In this document: piece by piece, positions 11,179-19,437 of the stretch
Layout of the letters: the number at the start of each line of letters is the position of its first letter
Numbering within the stretch: the stretch's first letter is position 1
Virus record (IMG/VR): IMGVR_UViG_3300044535_000374
Location: 3,212 to 67,211 of that record
Length of the DNA: 64,000 nt
From: a virus
Taxonomy: Duplodnaviria > Caudoviricetes
Direction: 5' to 3' (one strand)
The notes under the pieces: generated by a model
What the model was told of the DNA's origin: nothing
Databases searched by the model: none
What the model saw: the letters and a program-made list of their open reading frames with translations, nothing else
Made by a program: the position numbers and the translations under genes

Positions 11179-11913
11179 TTATTTTACTATAAGCTTTTCG
11201 CTGTCAAATGTAACGCTTCTCGCATCAGATGGCAATACTTTCATAACTCTAGCTTTTAATAATCTCTTTTGATTATAAAACTCAGTTTTTCTCATAGCCT
11301 TCTCTGATAAATTCATCTTCCTTCCTGTAGGCATATATTGCGCATCCTTCCATGCAAGATAAGCAATAATAGTCTCTTCTGCAATCGCTTCTACATCTAC
11401 ATCTGTTTCGTCAACAGACATAATACCTTCTACTAATAAGTAGTCATATCCAAACTCTGGATTTAATATAATAAATCCGTCTTCTATTTTATAAGAACCA
11501 ACAAAGCTAGTTTTTTCATAAGCGCCAAAAGCCTTATAAGATGCAGAACCTTCCATTGCATTGATATATGCAAAGTCTCTGATTCTAGTCGTATCAACCG
11601 CTACTTTGCCAAAGTCTTGTTCTAATCTTAAATCACTTTCTTTTCTATACCCAGTCATAGTTGGGTCTTTCTTTAGAACGGCTAATTGGCCAAGCCCATT
11701 CTCTACGCCTATATTAAGCACATTAAGGCAGTCATCTGGTAACTTAGCTGTTTTATTAGGCAATACAGATACTCTTGTAACTTTAGCATCGCCAAGTACA
11801 TCAAGTTCAGCTTCTTTAACTCCACGAACACCAATACTATAAAGCCTTCTATAGTGAGCATTTGTATGTCCAGCTTGGTTTATGTATTCGTATATTATTT
11901 TAGATAATTTCAT
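11179..11913 (-). CDS. Tail ring / connector protein
   Basis: 244 aa, LPDD motif, AEETIIAYL; lies between capsid and muzzle genes. Confidence 0.6.
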   Translation of the reverse strand: MKLSKIIYEYINQAGHTNAHYRRLYSIGVRGVKEAELDVLGDAKVTRVSVLPNKTAKLPDDCLNVLNIGVENGLGQLAVLKKDPTMTGYRKESDLRLEQDFGKVAVDTTRIRDFAYINAMEGSASYKAFGAYEKTSFVGSYKIEDGFIILNPEFGYDYLLVEGIMSVDETDVDVEAIAEETIIAYLAWKDAQYMPTGRKMNLSEKAMRKTEFYNQKRLLKARVMKVLPSDARSVTFDSEKLIVK

Positions 11914-11919
11914 TTTCTA

Positions 11920-12510
11920 TTATTTTGCTGTTCTTGATGCAATATCTTCTTGTCTTCTCTTATCTAGTAAGTTAATCACATACTCCATTGCAATTGATAA
12001 TTGGTCTGAAGGCACATTCAACTCACTATTTAAATCATTTGTATCTGGCACACCAGCCATTCTTACGCTAACAGTTTTTGATGTTAGTGGTATTTTTGAC
12101 AAGAACTTAATCTTACTTCCGTTAATGTGATACCCCGCTCTACCTTTCTCCATAGGAAGTTCATTCCATAAAAAAACATCTTTAGTTTCAATTGGTATAG
12201 GCTGTTTTTCTAAACCAGATACAGATAAACCAGAGATAACCATACCAACGCTTAATCCAATTGGAGTATAGTTTGTTTCAACTTCGTTATTAGAATCAAT
12301 AGCTAAATTGTTTAATGTAACATAAAATGCATCTCCAATAAACTCTTCATTGCTTACATTTACGCTTTCTCTGTAGTTACGAATAGCAGCCACAGAAATA
12401 CCAATGTTTAACATAAGATTAACTTCTCTGTCTGAGTGAGATGCGTCAACAGGAACAAGCCCACCGTAGTGCGTTCTTTTAATTAACTCTATCGCCTGAT
12501 TCCTTGTCAT
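11920..12510 (-). CDS. Tail ring / connector protein
   Basis: 196 aa; synteny with crAss-like ring genes. Confidence 0.5.
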   Translation of the reverse strand: MTRNQAIELIKRTHYGGLVPVDASHSDREVNLMLNIGISVAAIRNYRESVNVSNEEFIGDAFYVTLNNLAIDSNNEVETNYTPIGLSVGMVISGLSVSGLEKQPIPIETKDVFLWNELPMEKGRAGYHINGSKIKFLSKIPLTSKTVSVRMAGVPDTNDLNSELNVPSDQLSIAMEYVINLLDKRRQEDIASRTAK

Positions 12511-13145
12511 TAATCATTCTTTTTAATGTTTCCGAATTGTATGATACTAGGGTCTTTTAAGTTGATTCCTAAGTATCCTATAGTTCTAAATAATACTTGA
12601 TTTATCTCTGTATCGTTCCACTCTACTGCTGTAGAGTCAACCGTAGTATAAACAGCTGGCCTTTTGTAGTAACTTAACCAAACACCAGTTTGCCCTGCTG
12701 GGTATATCTTAAAGTTATTAGTTGTCTCAATGAAGATAGGTTCTTCCACAATAGGAGTATCTATAGATGAGTTTAACTTGCTATCAAGCTCAGTTAAATC
12801 AACTCTTTGTGCAAATACTGAATTTCCTTGAGACGCAGAATTGTAAGCAACTCTTAAATATATCATTCTCCCAAAATTTGCTGGTCTATTATAAGGAGAA
12901 GCTAAAGATAATTCATCAATCACAAATGGAGATAATGCTTCAGTTATGTAGTAGTCAGAGTTTGTAGCGGTATTGTAAATACCCATCTGACTCATTTGAG
13001 CATAAGCCTTATCTGTTAGGAAATTGTAGTAGTCTAAAGCAGCCATATTGTATGCCTGTAAGAACTCCTGATTGTCCATGAATGACCCATCGTACTTGTT
13101 AATCAAGAACTGGGCGTTGTCGTATAATTGTTGAGTTGTAGCCAT
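12510..13145 (-). CDS. Tail ring / head-tail adaptor protein
   Basis: 211 aa; KIYP...YYKRP...EW...IGYLGINLKD pattern. Confidence 0.6.
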   Translation of the reverse strand: MATTQQLYDNAQFLINKYDGSFMDNQEFLQAYNMAALDYYNFLTDKAYAQMSQMGIYNTATNSDYYITEALSPFVIDELSLASPYNRPANFGRMIYLRVAYNSASQGNSVFAQRVDLTELDSKLNSSIDTPIVEEPIFIETTNNFKIYPAGQTGVWLSYYKRPAVYTTVDSTAVEWNDTEINQVLFRTIGYLGINLKDPSIIQFGNIKKND

Positions 13146-13151
13146 TTGTTA

Positions 13152-13159
13152 CAAAATTA
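13152..13159 (-). promoter_or_regulatory. -7 promoter element TAATTTTG
   Basis: TAnnTTTG 6 nt before ATG 13145, just after a terminator. Confidence 0.6.
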
Positions 13160-13171
13160 CGCATTTTAAAT

Positions 13172-13197
13172 AAAAGAGGTGCTAATTACAGCACCTC
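13172..13197 (-). terminator. Rho-independent terminator
   Basis: Stem GAGGTGCT/AGCACCTC followed by a T-run on the minus strand. Confidence 0.75.
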
Positions 13198-13227
13198 CTT
13201 AATATTTACCAAAAAAAACCTAAGAAA

Positions 13228-14154
13228 CTATTTTTCAGACTTAAGTCTATCGTAGAATCTTTGTCCATCTCCTTCCTTGAAACAGAACTTAACCAAATGG
13301 TCAATTGTGCTAATTCCAGAAGGGATTGTAGCTATTAGAGAACGAGTCTCAGACCAATGAACCTGGCCTAAAACAATAGACTCAGTGATTTTACCACTAG
13401 CAAAAGCTCTCTTAATCAATGCAAACGCTTTTGTTGTAGGATTATTATATGATTTCAAGAATACATCTGGCTTATTTTCAGCTACAGCTACATATTCTAC
13501 ACGAATCTCATCTTCATCCTTTTCAATACCCTGAGCGTTAACACTTGTAATACCTAAGTATTCAGCATGCTCCATCATTGTTTCATCAGATGCAGAAAGC
13601 GCTACTTTCATAGCCTCATGCTTGGTTTTAACTGATTCTATTTTCTTCTTGCTCATAGCCTCAAAGTTCATCAACTCGTAAGTTGGTTGAACATTCTCGT
13701 CTCTGTTCTCGTTATTAATGCATCTATTACTAATAGTCAAGAACTTAACAAGCATAGTATCAGAAGATGGTACATACATGTATCCATCCATAAATCCGAT
13801 ATTAGGCCTTTTGTTTACAACATTCTCAGGCAAAGAATCTTGCTCGTCAGCCCATAATGTGTTTACGCCAGGCAAGTATCTTACAGCTCTTTTCATTCCT
13901 GTTTTTTCGTCATACACAATATCTGTGTTTGCTACCATGAAACGAGGAGGGAATTGACGCTTATCACTTGGAGAGGCGTTTGTAATTAACCTAAAAACAT
14001 AAGTCTTAGGTTCTTCCTTTTTTACTTCTTTTTTCTTTACGATTGTGGCTTCTTCTACTGCGACTGCAGACAAAGCCTGTTCGGTTGTTGGTTCAGATTG
14101 GTCAATAATATCGCCATTCTCATCCAAAACCTTTTTGGTTTTTGATAGTGCCAT
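13228..14154 (-). CDS. Conserved protein downstream of the major capsid gene
   Basis: 308 aa; RAVRY...WADEQ...IGFMDG motifs; crAss-like synteny. Confidence 0.6.
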   Translation of the reverse strand: MALSKTKKVLDENGDIIDQSEPTTEQALSAVAVEEATIVKKKEVKKEEPKTYVFRLITNASPSDKRQFPPRFMVANTDIVYDEKTGMKRAVRYLPGVNTLWADEQDSLPENVVNKRPNIGFMDGYMYVPSSDTMLVKFLTISNRCINNENRDENVQPTYELMNFEAMSKKKIESVKTKHEAMKVALSASDETMMEHAEYLGITSVNAQGIEKDEDEIRVEYVAVAENKPDVFLKSYNNPTTKAFALIKRAFASGKITESIVLGQVHWSETRSLIATIPSGISTIDHLVKFCFKEGDGQRFYDRLKSEK

Positions 14155-14170
14155 GTTTTATCCTTTTAGG

Positions 14171-14178
14171 CAAAGATA
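14171..14178 (-). promoter_or_regulatory. -7 promoter element TATCTTTG
   Basis: Upstream of ATG 14154, immediately after a terminator. Confidence 0.65.
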
Positions 14179-14190
14179 GGTATTTTAATT

Positions 14191-14217
14191 AAAAAAGCCC
14201 TGTAGAAACAGGGCTCG
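14191..14217 (-). terminator. Rho-independent terminator (identical copy at 49118-49144)
   Basis: AGCCCTGT-TTCT-ACAGGGCT followed by T-run. Confidence 0.8.
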
Positions 14218-14286
14218 TGGACAATTTAAATGAAAGTGAAAACCTAAGCACAACAAAAATAACCCCCAGTAATCAATTTACCAAAT

Positions 14287-14315
14287 AAAAAAAGCCCCCC
14301 AGAGAACTGGAGGGC
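14287..14315 (-). terminator. Rho-independent terminator after the major capsid gene
   Basis: GCCCTCCAG-TTCT-CTGGGGGGC followed by T-run. Confidence 0.8.
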
Positions 14316-14345
14316 CTTACATTGGGATTTAAAACTATAACACTA

Positions 14346-15695
14346 CTACTTCTTAACTACTAAGAATTGGTTAGCTGCGAACATTTGTAATCCGCAATAA
14401 CCCATGTGGTGTACATTTAATTCCATTTTGCTAGATGTAGGAACCTTAGCTAAAGCACCAGTTTCCCAAACCTTGATTTCTTTACCAGCTTCAACTTCAT
14501 TGCTTACTACACGTAAAGCAGGGATTTTGTCACCAGTTTGAGCATCACGACCATCTTTCATTGGAATTAACGCACCGAAGAAGTCATACTTGTTAGCATT
14601 GTTAGCTAAAGCTTGTCCGTAAACAGCTTCTGCGTTGAATGGTAAGTATTTCTTCAAGTGGAAAGTAACACCATCAATCTTGATTGAATCAAAACCGTAT
14701 TTGATAGCTACATCTTGAGAACCACCAACAGAAGCCCATTGGATAGCACCATTAGTGTACTTAGCAAATAAAGAATCATCAACTGCAGTTCTCAAGTAAG
14801 AATCCATTAAGAAATGGTACTCTTGAGCTCCACCATTGAAATCAATCTGACGAACTAAGTTATGGAAATCTTCAATACCGAAACCTGCAGTGTTACCAAC
14901 TGTATCATATTGATAAGTTTGGCCATCAGCTTCAATTTGAGGAATTAAACCTTTAGAACCTACAGTACCTGCGATGTTATTAGCATCAGAACCGAAGATT
15001 AACTTGAACTCCTTGTTGTTCATGAAACGTCTTACAGCCTCATCTAAACCTTTGTAAGTGTAGAAAGAACCACCTGGGAAATCCAAGTAAATTTCTTCAA
15101 TCTTAGCACGGTCTGTGATTTTGTAGTCTTCACGAATTTCAGTTGTTGTGAAAAGCTTCTTCTCAGTTAAGTTTGCAATTGTATCTGCAGCATCAGATGC
15201 TTCACCAGCTTCTGTAACACCACGGAACAATAAAACTTCACCTGCAGCCAAAGTAGAACTTGCATTCTTTAAAGGAACGATAGTTGCAGTGTGTGCACCT
15301 GAAGTACCTTTGTTTACTGCTGTAATTTTGTACTGAACTCCAGAGCTAGCAGCTTCAACAACCTCACCTACACGAATAGGAGATTGAGCACCACTGTTGT
15401 AGTGAGAACCTGCAGTTAAAGTTACAGTTACTCCTGTATTAGTAACAGAAGTAGTGGTAGATGCAGTAATCTTTGCAGAAGAATGCAATTTACCGTAAGA
15501 CTCAAAGTGGAAAAATTCACGAGAAGGAACTACTGCTTTCAAACCTACCATCTCTAATAATTGAGTGTAGTTTTGGTTGCCATACTTCTCAACAAATTTT
15601 TCAAAATATTGAGGCTTCAAAAGTGACAAGTCACTTACAAACTGGCGACCTACGCCATTTGTTAGCTGTACACCAGCTGGTTGATTAATAGCCAT
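14346..15695 (-). CDS. Major capsid protein (crAss-like)
   Basis: Likely start MAINQPAG at 15695 after an A-rich leader; 449 aa; EKYGNQ, F...ES.GKLH, GSKGL, GFDS motifs; strong codon bias; follows portal and scaffold. Confidence 0.85.
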   Translation of the reverse strand: MAINQPAGVQLTNGVGRQFVSDLSLLKPQYFEKFVEKYGNQNYTQLLEMVGLKAVVPSREFFHFESYGKLHSSAKITASTTTSVTNTGVTVTLTAGSHYNSGAQSPIRVGEVVEAASSGVQYKITAVNKGTSGAHTATIVPLKNASSTLAAGEVLLFRGVTEAGEASDAADTIANLTEKKLFTTTEIREDYKITDRAKIEEIYLDFPGGSFYTYKGLDEAVRRFMNNKEFKLIFGSDANNIAGTVGSKGLIPQIEADGQTYQYDTVGNTAGFGIEDFHNLVRQIDFNGGAQEYHFLMDSYLRTAVDDSLFAKYTNGAIQWASVGGSQDVAIKYGFDSIKIDGVTFHLKKYLPFNAEAVYGQALANNANKYDFFGALIPMKDGRDAQTGDKIPALRVVSNEVEAGKEIKVWETGALAKVPTSSKMELNVHHMGYCGLQMFAANQFLVVKK

Positions 15696-15849
15696 TTTTA
15701 TTTGACATTTTTGTTTTAAAAAAATAGAACATTCCTGAGAATTGAACTCATGGTGTGCCAAAGCACAAATACCAATAATGTTGTGATGATGTTGTTGACC
15801 GCACTTGGCCTGTAAGAACTTAGCGCACTGCTAAATAAAAAATCTAACA

Positions 15850-15857
15850 CAAAGATA
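15850..15857 (-). promoter_or_regulatory. -7 promoter of the major capsid gene (about 150 nt leader)
   Basis: TATCTTTG between a terminator and the capsid gene. Confidence 0.65.
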
Positions 15858-15887
15858 TATATATTTTTTTAATTGTTTACAATAAAC

Positions 15888-15915
15888 AAGAAACCCCTAC
15901 TTTTTAGGTAGGGGT
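15888..15915 (-). terminator. Rho-independent terminator
   Basis: Stem ACCCCTAC/GTAGGGGT followed by TTCTTGTTT. Confidence 0.7.
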
Positions 15916-15947
15916 CAAACCAAAGATACTATCTAAGGTGGGGTGCA

Positions 15948-17096
15948 TTACATGCTATATAGCTTATCTACAAAGCTATCCAATTCACTTCTACTAGATG
16001 TATTTGAAGATGATGAAGATGATGGGGCGTCACCAATGCTTACGCCTTTAATCTTTTTTAGCATGTCTGCTTTAGCCGAAGCTACTGCCTGAGATACGAT
16101 TGACTTAACAATCTTCTCCCTGTTTTCTCTCCAGTATATATCTTCAGCTAATTTAGCTGTGTTATACTCTCCTTTTTCTTGATTATAATACTCTGGGCCA
16201 AAATAGTCTTCTAAGGTAAATGCTTTTAGCTTATCCTTCATTCCTTCCAAGTCTTCCTTGTTAGGCACAAAGTTCACTTTAAAGTTAACCTCGTCATCCT
16301 TAAACTCTAGCTCAAATGGAGTAATTTTTTCTAAAGAAGGCTCAATAGAGTCTTCATACTTCTTTCTTTCAGTCTCCATATAAGCATTGTACTCCTCTAT
16401 TTCTTTAGAATTGTCTGGGGCTTGTGGAGCTTTTGAGTTAATGTACTCGTTGATGTTAGGAATATCAATATCTTCTCTTTTTTCAGATAGAAACCTTACA
16501 GCATCTCTAGCGTCACGCTTTAACTCTTTTTCAAAAGACTTTCTTTCTTTCTCAACTCTTTTCTGATGGGCTTTAATTTCCTCTTCAGTCATGAATTCTG
16601 TGTCTACCTTCTCTTCTTCAAACTCGTATCTATCCTTAAACTCCTTCTCAATGTCTTCGCTAGTCATGTCAGGATTCTCATACTGCATTTGTAACTTAAC
16701 GGCATCTTGAGGGCTTAGTTTATCTAAGTTTGATAACACAGACTGCTCATAGATAATAGGAGCAACATCTGCATAATTGCCAGATAAGATAGCATCAAAT
16801 ACTCTTTTAGAAAGCTCATTCTTGAATGTTAGTTCAGGTTCAGCTTGCGTAGAAGTATCTCCAGATTCGCTCTCATCAGTCGTCTTATCAACTGCTTCGT
16901 TGTTAACGCCATCATCCTTCTTGGTGTCATCCACTGTGGTTGTGTCTGGTTTTGCTTCGCCATCTTCTGTGGGTTTGTCTTGTGTGTCTACTTTTGTTTC
17001 GTCAGTAGTAGCTTGTTCACCATTATTCTCTGGGATGGTAGACTCATCGTCTTTCCATGCACCAGTATCAAATGGATTTACTTCATTTGTAGTCAT
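15948..17096 (-). CDS. Acidic scaffolding-like protein
   Basis: 382 aa, very acidic disordered N-terminus and coiled coil; lies between portal and capsid genes. Confidence 0.65.
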   Translation of the reverse strand: MTTNEVNPFDTGAWKDDESTIPENNGEQATTDETKVDTQDKPTEDGEAKPDTTTVDDTKKDDGVNNEAVDKTTDESESGDTSTQAEPELTFKNELSKRVFDAILSGNYADVAPIIYEQSVLSNLDKLSPQDAVKLQMQYENPDMTSEDIEKEFKDRYEFEEEKVDTEFMTEEEIKAHQKRVEKERKSFEKELKRDARDAVRFLSEKREDIDIPNINEYINSKAPQAPDNSKEIEEYNAYMETERKKYEDSIEPSLEKITPFELEFKDDEVNFKVNFVPNKEDLEGMKDKLKAFTLEDYFGPEYYNQEKGEYNTAKLAEDIYWRENREKIVKSIVSQAVASAKADMLKKIKGVSIGDAPSSSSSSNTSSRSELDSFVDKLYSM

Positions 17097-17114
17097 AGTT
17101 TTTTGTTTTTATGT

Positions 17115-19412
17115 TTATCCCTGTTGTTGTGCCTGTTGTTGAGCCATAGCCTCTTGTTGGGCTTGCTGTTCAGCCTGCTGTTGCAAAGCTAGTTGTTTTT
17201 GTTGTTCTTTCTGAAAATACATGTTAACTATATTCTGAAGCTCTGGAGTCAATGGTTTATCCATTTCAAATGATTTCTGTAAGATACCCATAACAAATGT
17301 CTGCATATCATTGTCACCTCTCATTTCTTGCTCAACCTTAACAGCACCTACCTTGTACTCACCCTGCATTTGCTCTAATTGCATATCAGCTTGTGCCTTT
17401 AATTGCAATGACTCTTGCTGTGACTGAGCATTCATTTGTGCGTTTTGCTGAGCTTGCTGTTGAGATTCTTTTTGCTTCTTCTTAGTAGCTCTAGCTAAAT
17501 AAAGTTCTCCTAGCTTAACATTCTTAATATTCCTAATATTAAACGCTGTCTCAAAGTCAATAGCTCCACCAGATAAGGCAGATTGTACCATTTGCTCTAA
17601 GAATTGTCTGTAATCATCATCAGGCATCATCTCAACCTTGATGTCAAAGTATCTATTATCAACAGGAACCTTAATTAAATTAGAGTATTCTTTAACCTTA
17701 TACTTAACAGCATCAGTCAATAAAATACCACATTTCATCATTGTGTTTTCAATGATATTGATATAAGAATCATAGATGAAGTCAGTAGCGTTGTTAGACG
17801 CTGCTATACCAGCCTGCATTTGTTTGTTTCCAAGTCTTGGGTTAACGCCTGCACCATCTCTTAATTCATTGATACCAGTTTCTTCTCTTAATCTACTTAA
17901 GTAGTAGTTGAATATATTAATAAGTTCTTGTAACTGAGCTACAGAACCACTATTTGTAAGCTCTTGTATTGGAGGCCCTTGTCTGTTACCCTCTTCATCT
18001 TGACCACTATAGTACATGTTACCAGTCTGGTCGTAAATCTTTTGTAACTCTAATGGCTCAACTGTCTTTCCTTCACCTAAAGATATATTTCTAAGGTTGT
18101 TGATGTCAATCATTAAACCAGAAGGTCTCATCTTAGCAACTAATTGTTGAATCTTAAGATGTGTCAATGTCATTTGACGTATAGATGTTTCCATACGCTG
18201 AATCATTGGTAAGTTCTTTAACTCGTAGTTGTCTGGCATATAAAGAGAATAACTGAAATAAGCCTCAGCCATTCTTTCTGGCATAGAAGGTTTAATCATG
18301 TTCTTCTGCTTCTTCCATTCAATCATGATATTGCTATCAATAACATAAGCACCTTGATAGATTACGAAGATTGATTTGTCAATCATTTCTTTATTCTCTC
18401 CAAGTCTTTCAGGCATTCTTTCCTTCTTATCAACAGCTACAGAGCCGTTGGCAGTCTTTTTAACCTGATATAATAAATTATCAATTGTCTTTAATTCAAA
18501 CATCAAGATGTCTACCGCTAACTCGTCATATGGTCTAGTCTCAGCGCTTCTCCATCTTTCATCCCATCTGCTAATAGATTGTCTATTCTTAGCCTTCTGA
18601 GATATTTGGAATAGCTTCTCCTCATCTAAATCTGGGTATAGTACACGAATCTCGCTAATCTTCATTGGCTGTACTTCACCTATAAATGACGCATCTCTAA
18701 AGTCATCGTACTCAGAGAATGAGTAGATTAGATTTTGAGGAATACATCTCTTAAGTTTAATCTTTCCTTGCTCATCCATTATAGTTCTAGTTCCAGCATA
18801 ACCAGCTGTAACTACATCAAATATTACTCTTCTTTTAATTACATTAGTTGAGTTGCTGTCCCATACGTACTGAATACCTTGTTCAAAGAATATTTCTTCT
18901 GGTATTCTATGCTCTAGCTCGTAGTAAAGATTTAAGTCATCATTATCTTCTGGGATAAACTGATTCTCATCTACAAGCTTAGTATTTAGCTGTCCTTCTA
19001 ATTCCTTTACAAAATCCATGTTCTCCATTAAGAACTTAGAGTCAGACTTGTCGTTAAACTTTTGTTGTAATGATACTGGGTCTACAGCTGATACTCTAGG
19101 CTTCTCCTCTCTTTTCATCAAGCTGCCTATGATTACCTCTACAAACTTAGGAGCGATAGGAGGTGGGGTTGTATCTATGTTAATATATACATCCTTACCA
19201 TCCAAGCTCATTTGAGATAGGTATTCTTGCATTGGTTGTTTTCCTGTAGCAAACTTGATATTTTTTTCAATTCTCTTGTTTCTATCAGTGTAGTACTCAC
19301 TTTTCCAATGTTTTTCAATATGTTGGGCTATTTTCAACCCAAATTCCATAGTCCTCTTCTTTTCAGGAGAAGCGGAATGGAAATTCAATAATGCATTACT
19401 GTTATTAGACAT
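17115..19412 (-). CDS. Portal protein (crAss-like)
   Basis: 765 aa; PIAPKFVEVI, YDQTG, TGINELRDG motifs; Gln-rich C-terminal barrel helix; follows terminase. Confidence 0.85.
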   Translation of the reverse strand: MSNNSNALLNFHSASPEKKRTMEFGLKIAQHIEKHWKSEYYTDRNKRIEKNIKFATGKQPMQEYLSQMSLDGKDVYINIDTTPPPIAPKFVEVIIGSLMKREEKPRVSAVDPVSLQQKFNDKSDSKFLMENMDFVKELEGQLNTKLVDENQFIPEDNDDLNLYYELEHRIPEEIFFEQGIQYVWDSNSTNVIKRRVIFDVVTAGYAGTRTIMDEQGKIKLKRCIPQNLIYSFSEYDDFRDASFIGEVQPMKISEIRVLYPDLDEEKLFQISQKAKNRQSISRWDERWRSAETRPYDELAVDILMFELKTIDNLLYQVKKTANGSVAVDKKERMPERLGENKEMIDKSIFVIYQGAYVIDSNIMIEWKKQKNMIKPSMPERMAEAYFSYSLYMPDNYELKNLPMIQRMETSIRQMTLTHLKIQQLVAKMRPSGLMIDINNLRNISLGEGKTVEPLELQKIYDQTGNMYYSGQDEEGNRQGPPIQELTNSGSVAQLQELINIFNYYLSRLREETGINELRDGAGVNPRLGNKQMQAGIAASNNATDFIYDSYINIIENTMMKCGILLTDAVKYKVKEYSNLIKVPVDNRYFDIKVEMMPDDDYRQFLEQMVQSALSGGAIDFETAFNIRNIKNVKLGELYLARATKKKQKESQQQAQQNAQMNAQSQQESLQLKAQADMQLEQMQGEYKVGAVKVEQEMRGDNDMQTFVMGILQKSFEMDKPLTPELQNIVNMYFQKEQQKQLALQQQAEQQAQQEAMAQQQAQQQG

Positions 19413-19429
19413 TACAACTCTTTATTTTA

Positions 19430-19437
19430 CAAAGATA
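19430..19437 (-). promoter_or_regulatory. -7 promoter element TATCTTTG
   Basis: Directly abuts the terL stop codon, upstream of the portal gene. Confidence 0.6.

Noticed and set aside
15696-15849. Hammerhead ribozyme or known riboswitch in the capsid leader
   Set aside because: No CUGANGA/GAAA core or recognisable aptamer consensus; kept only as an unknown structured leader
15921-15928. Extra TATCTTTG promoter on the minus strand
   Set aside because: It lies a few bases upstream of a terminator and would give no useful mRNA; probably part of the 3' UTR motif or chance
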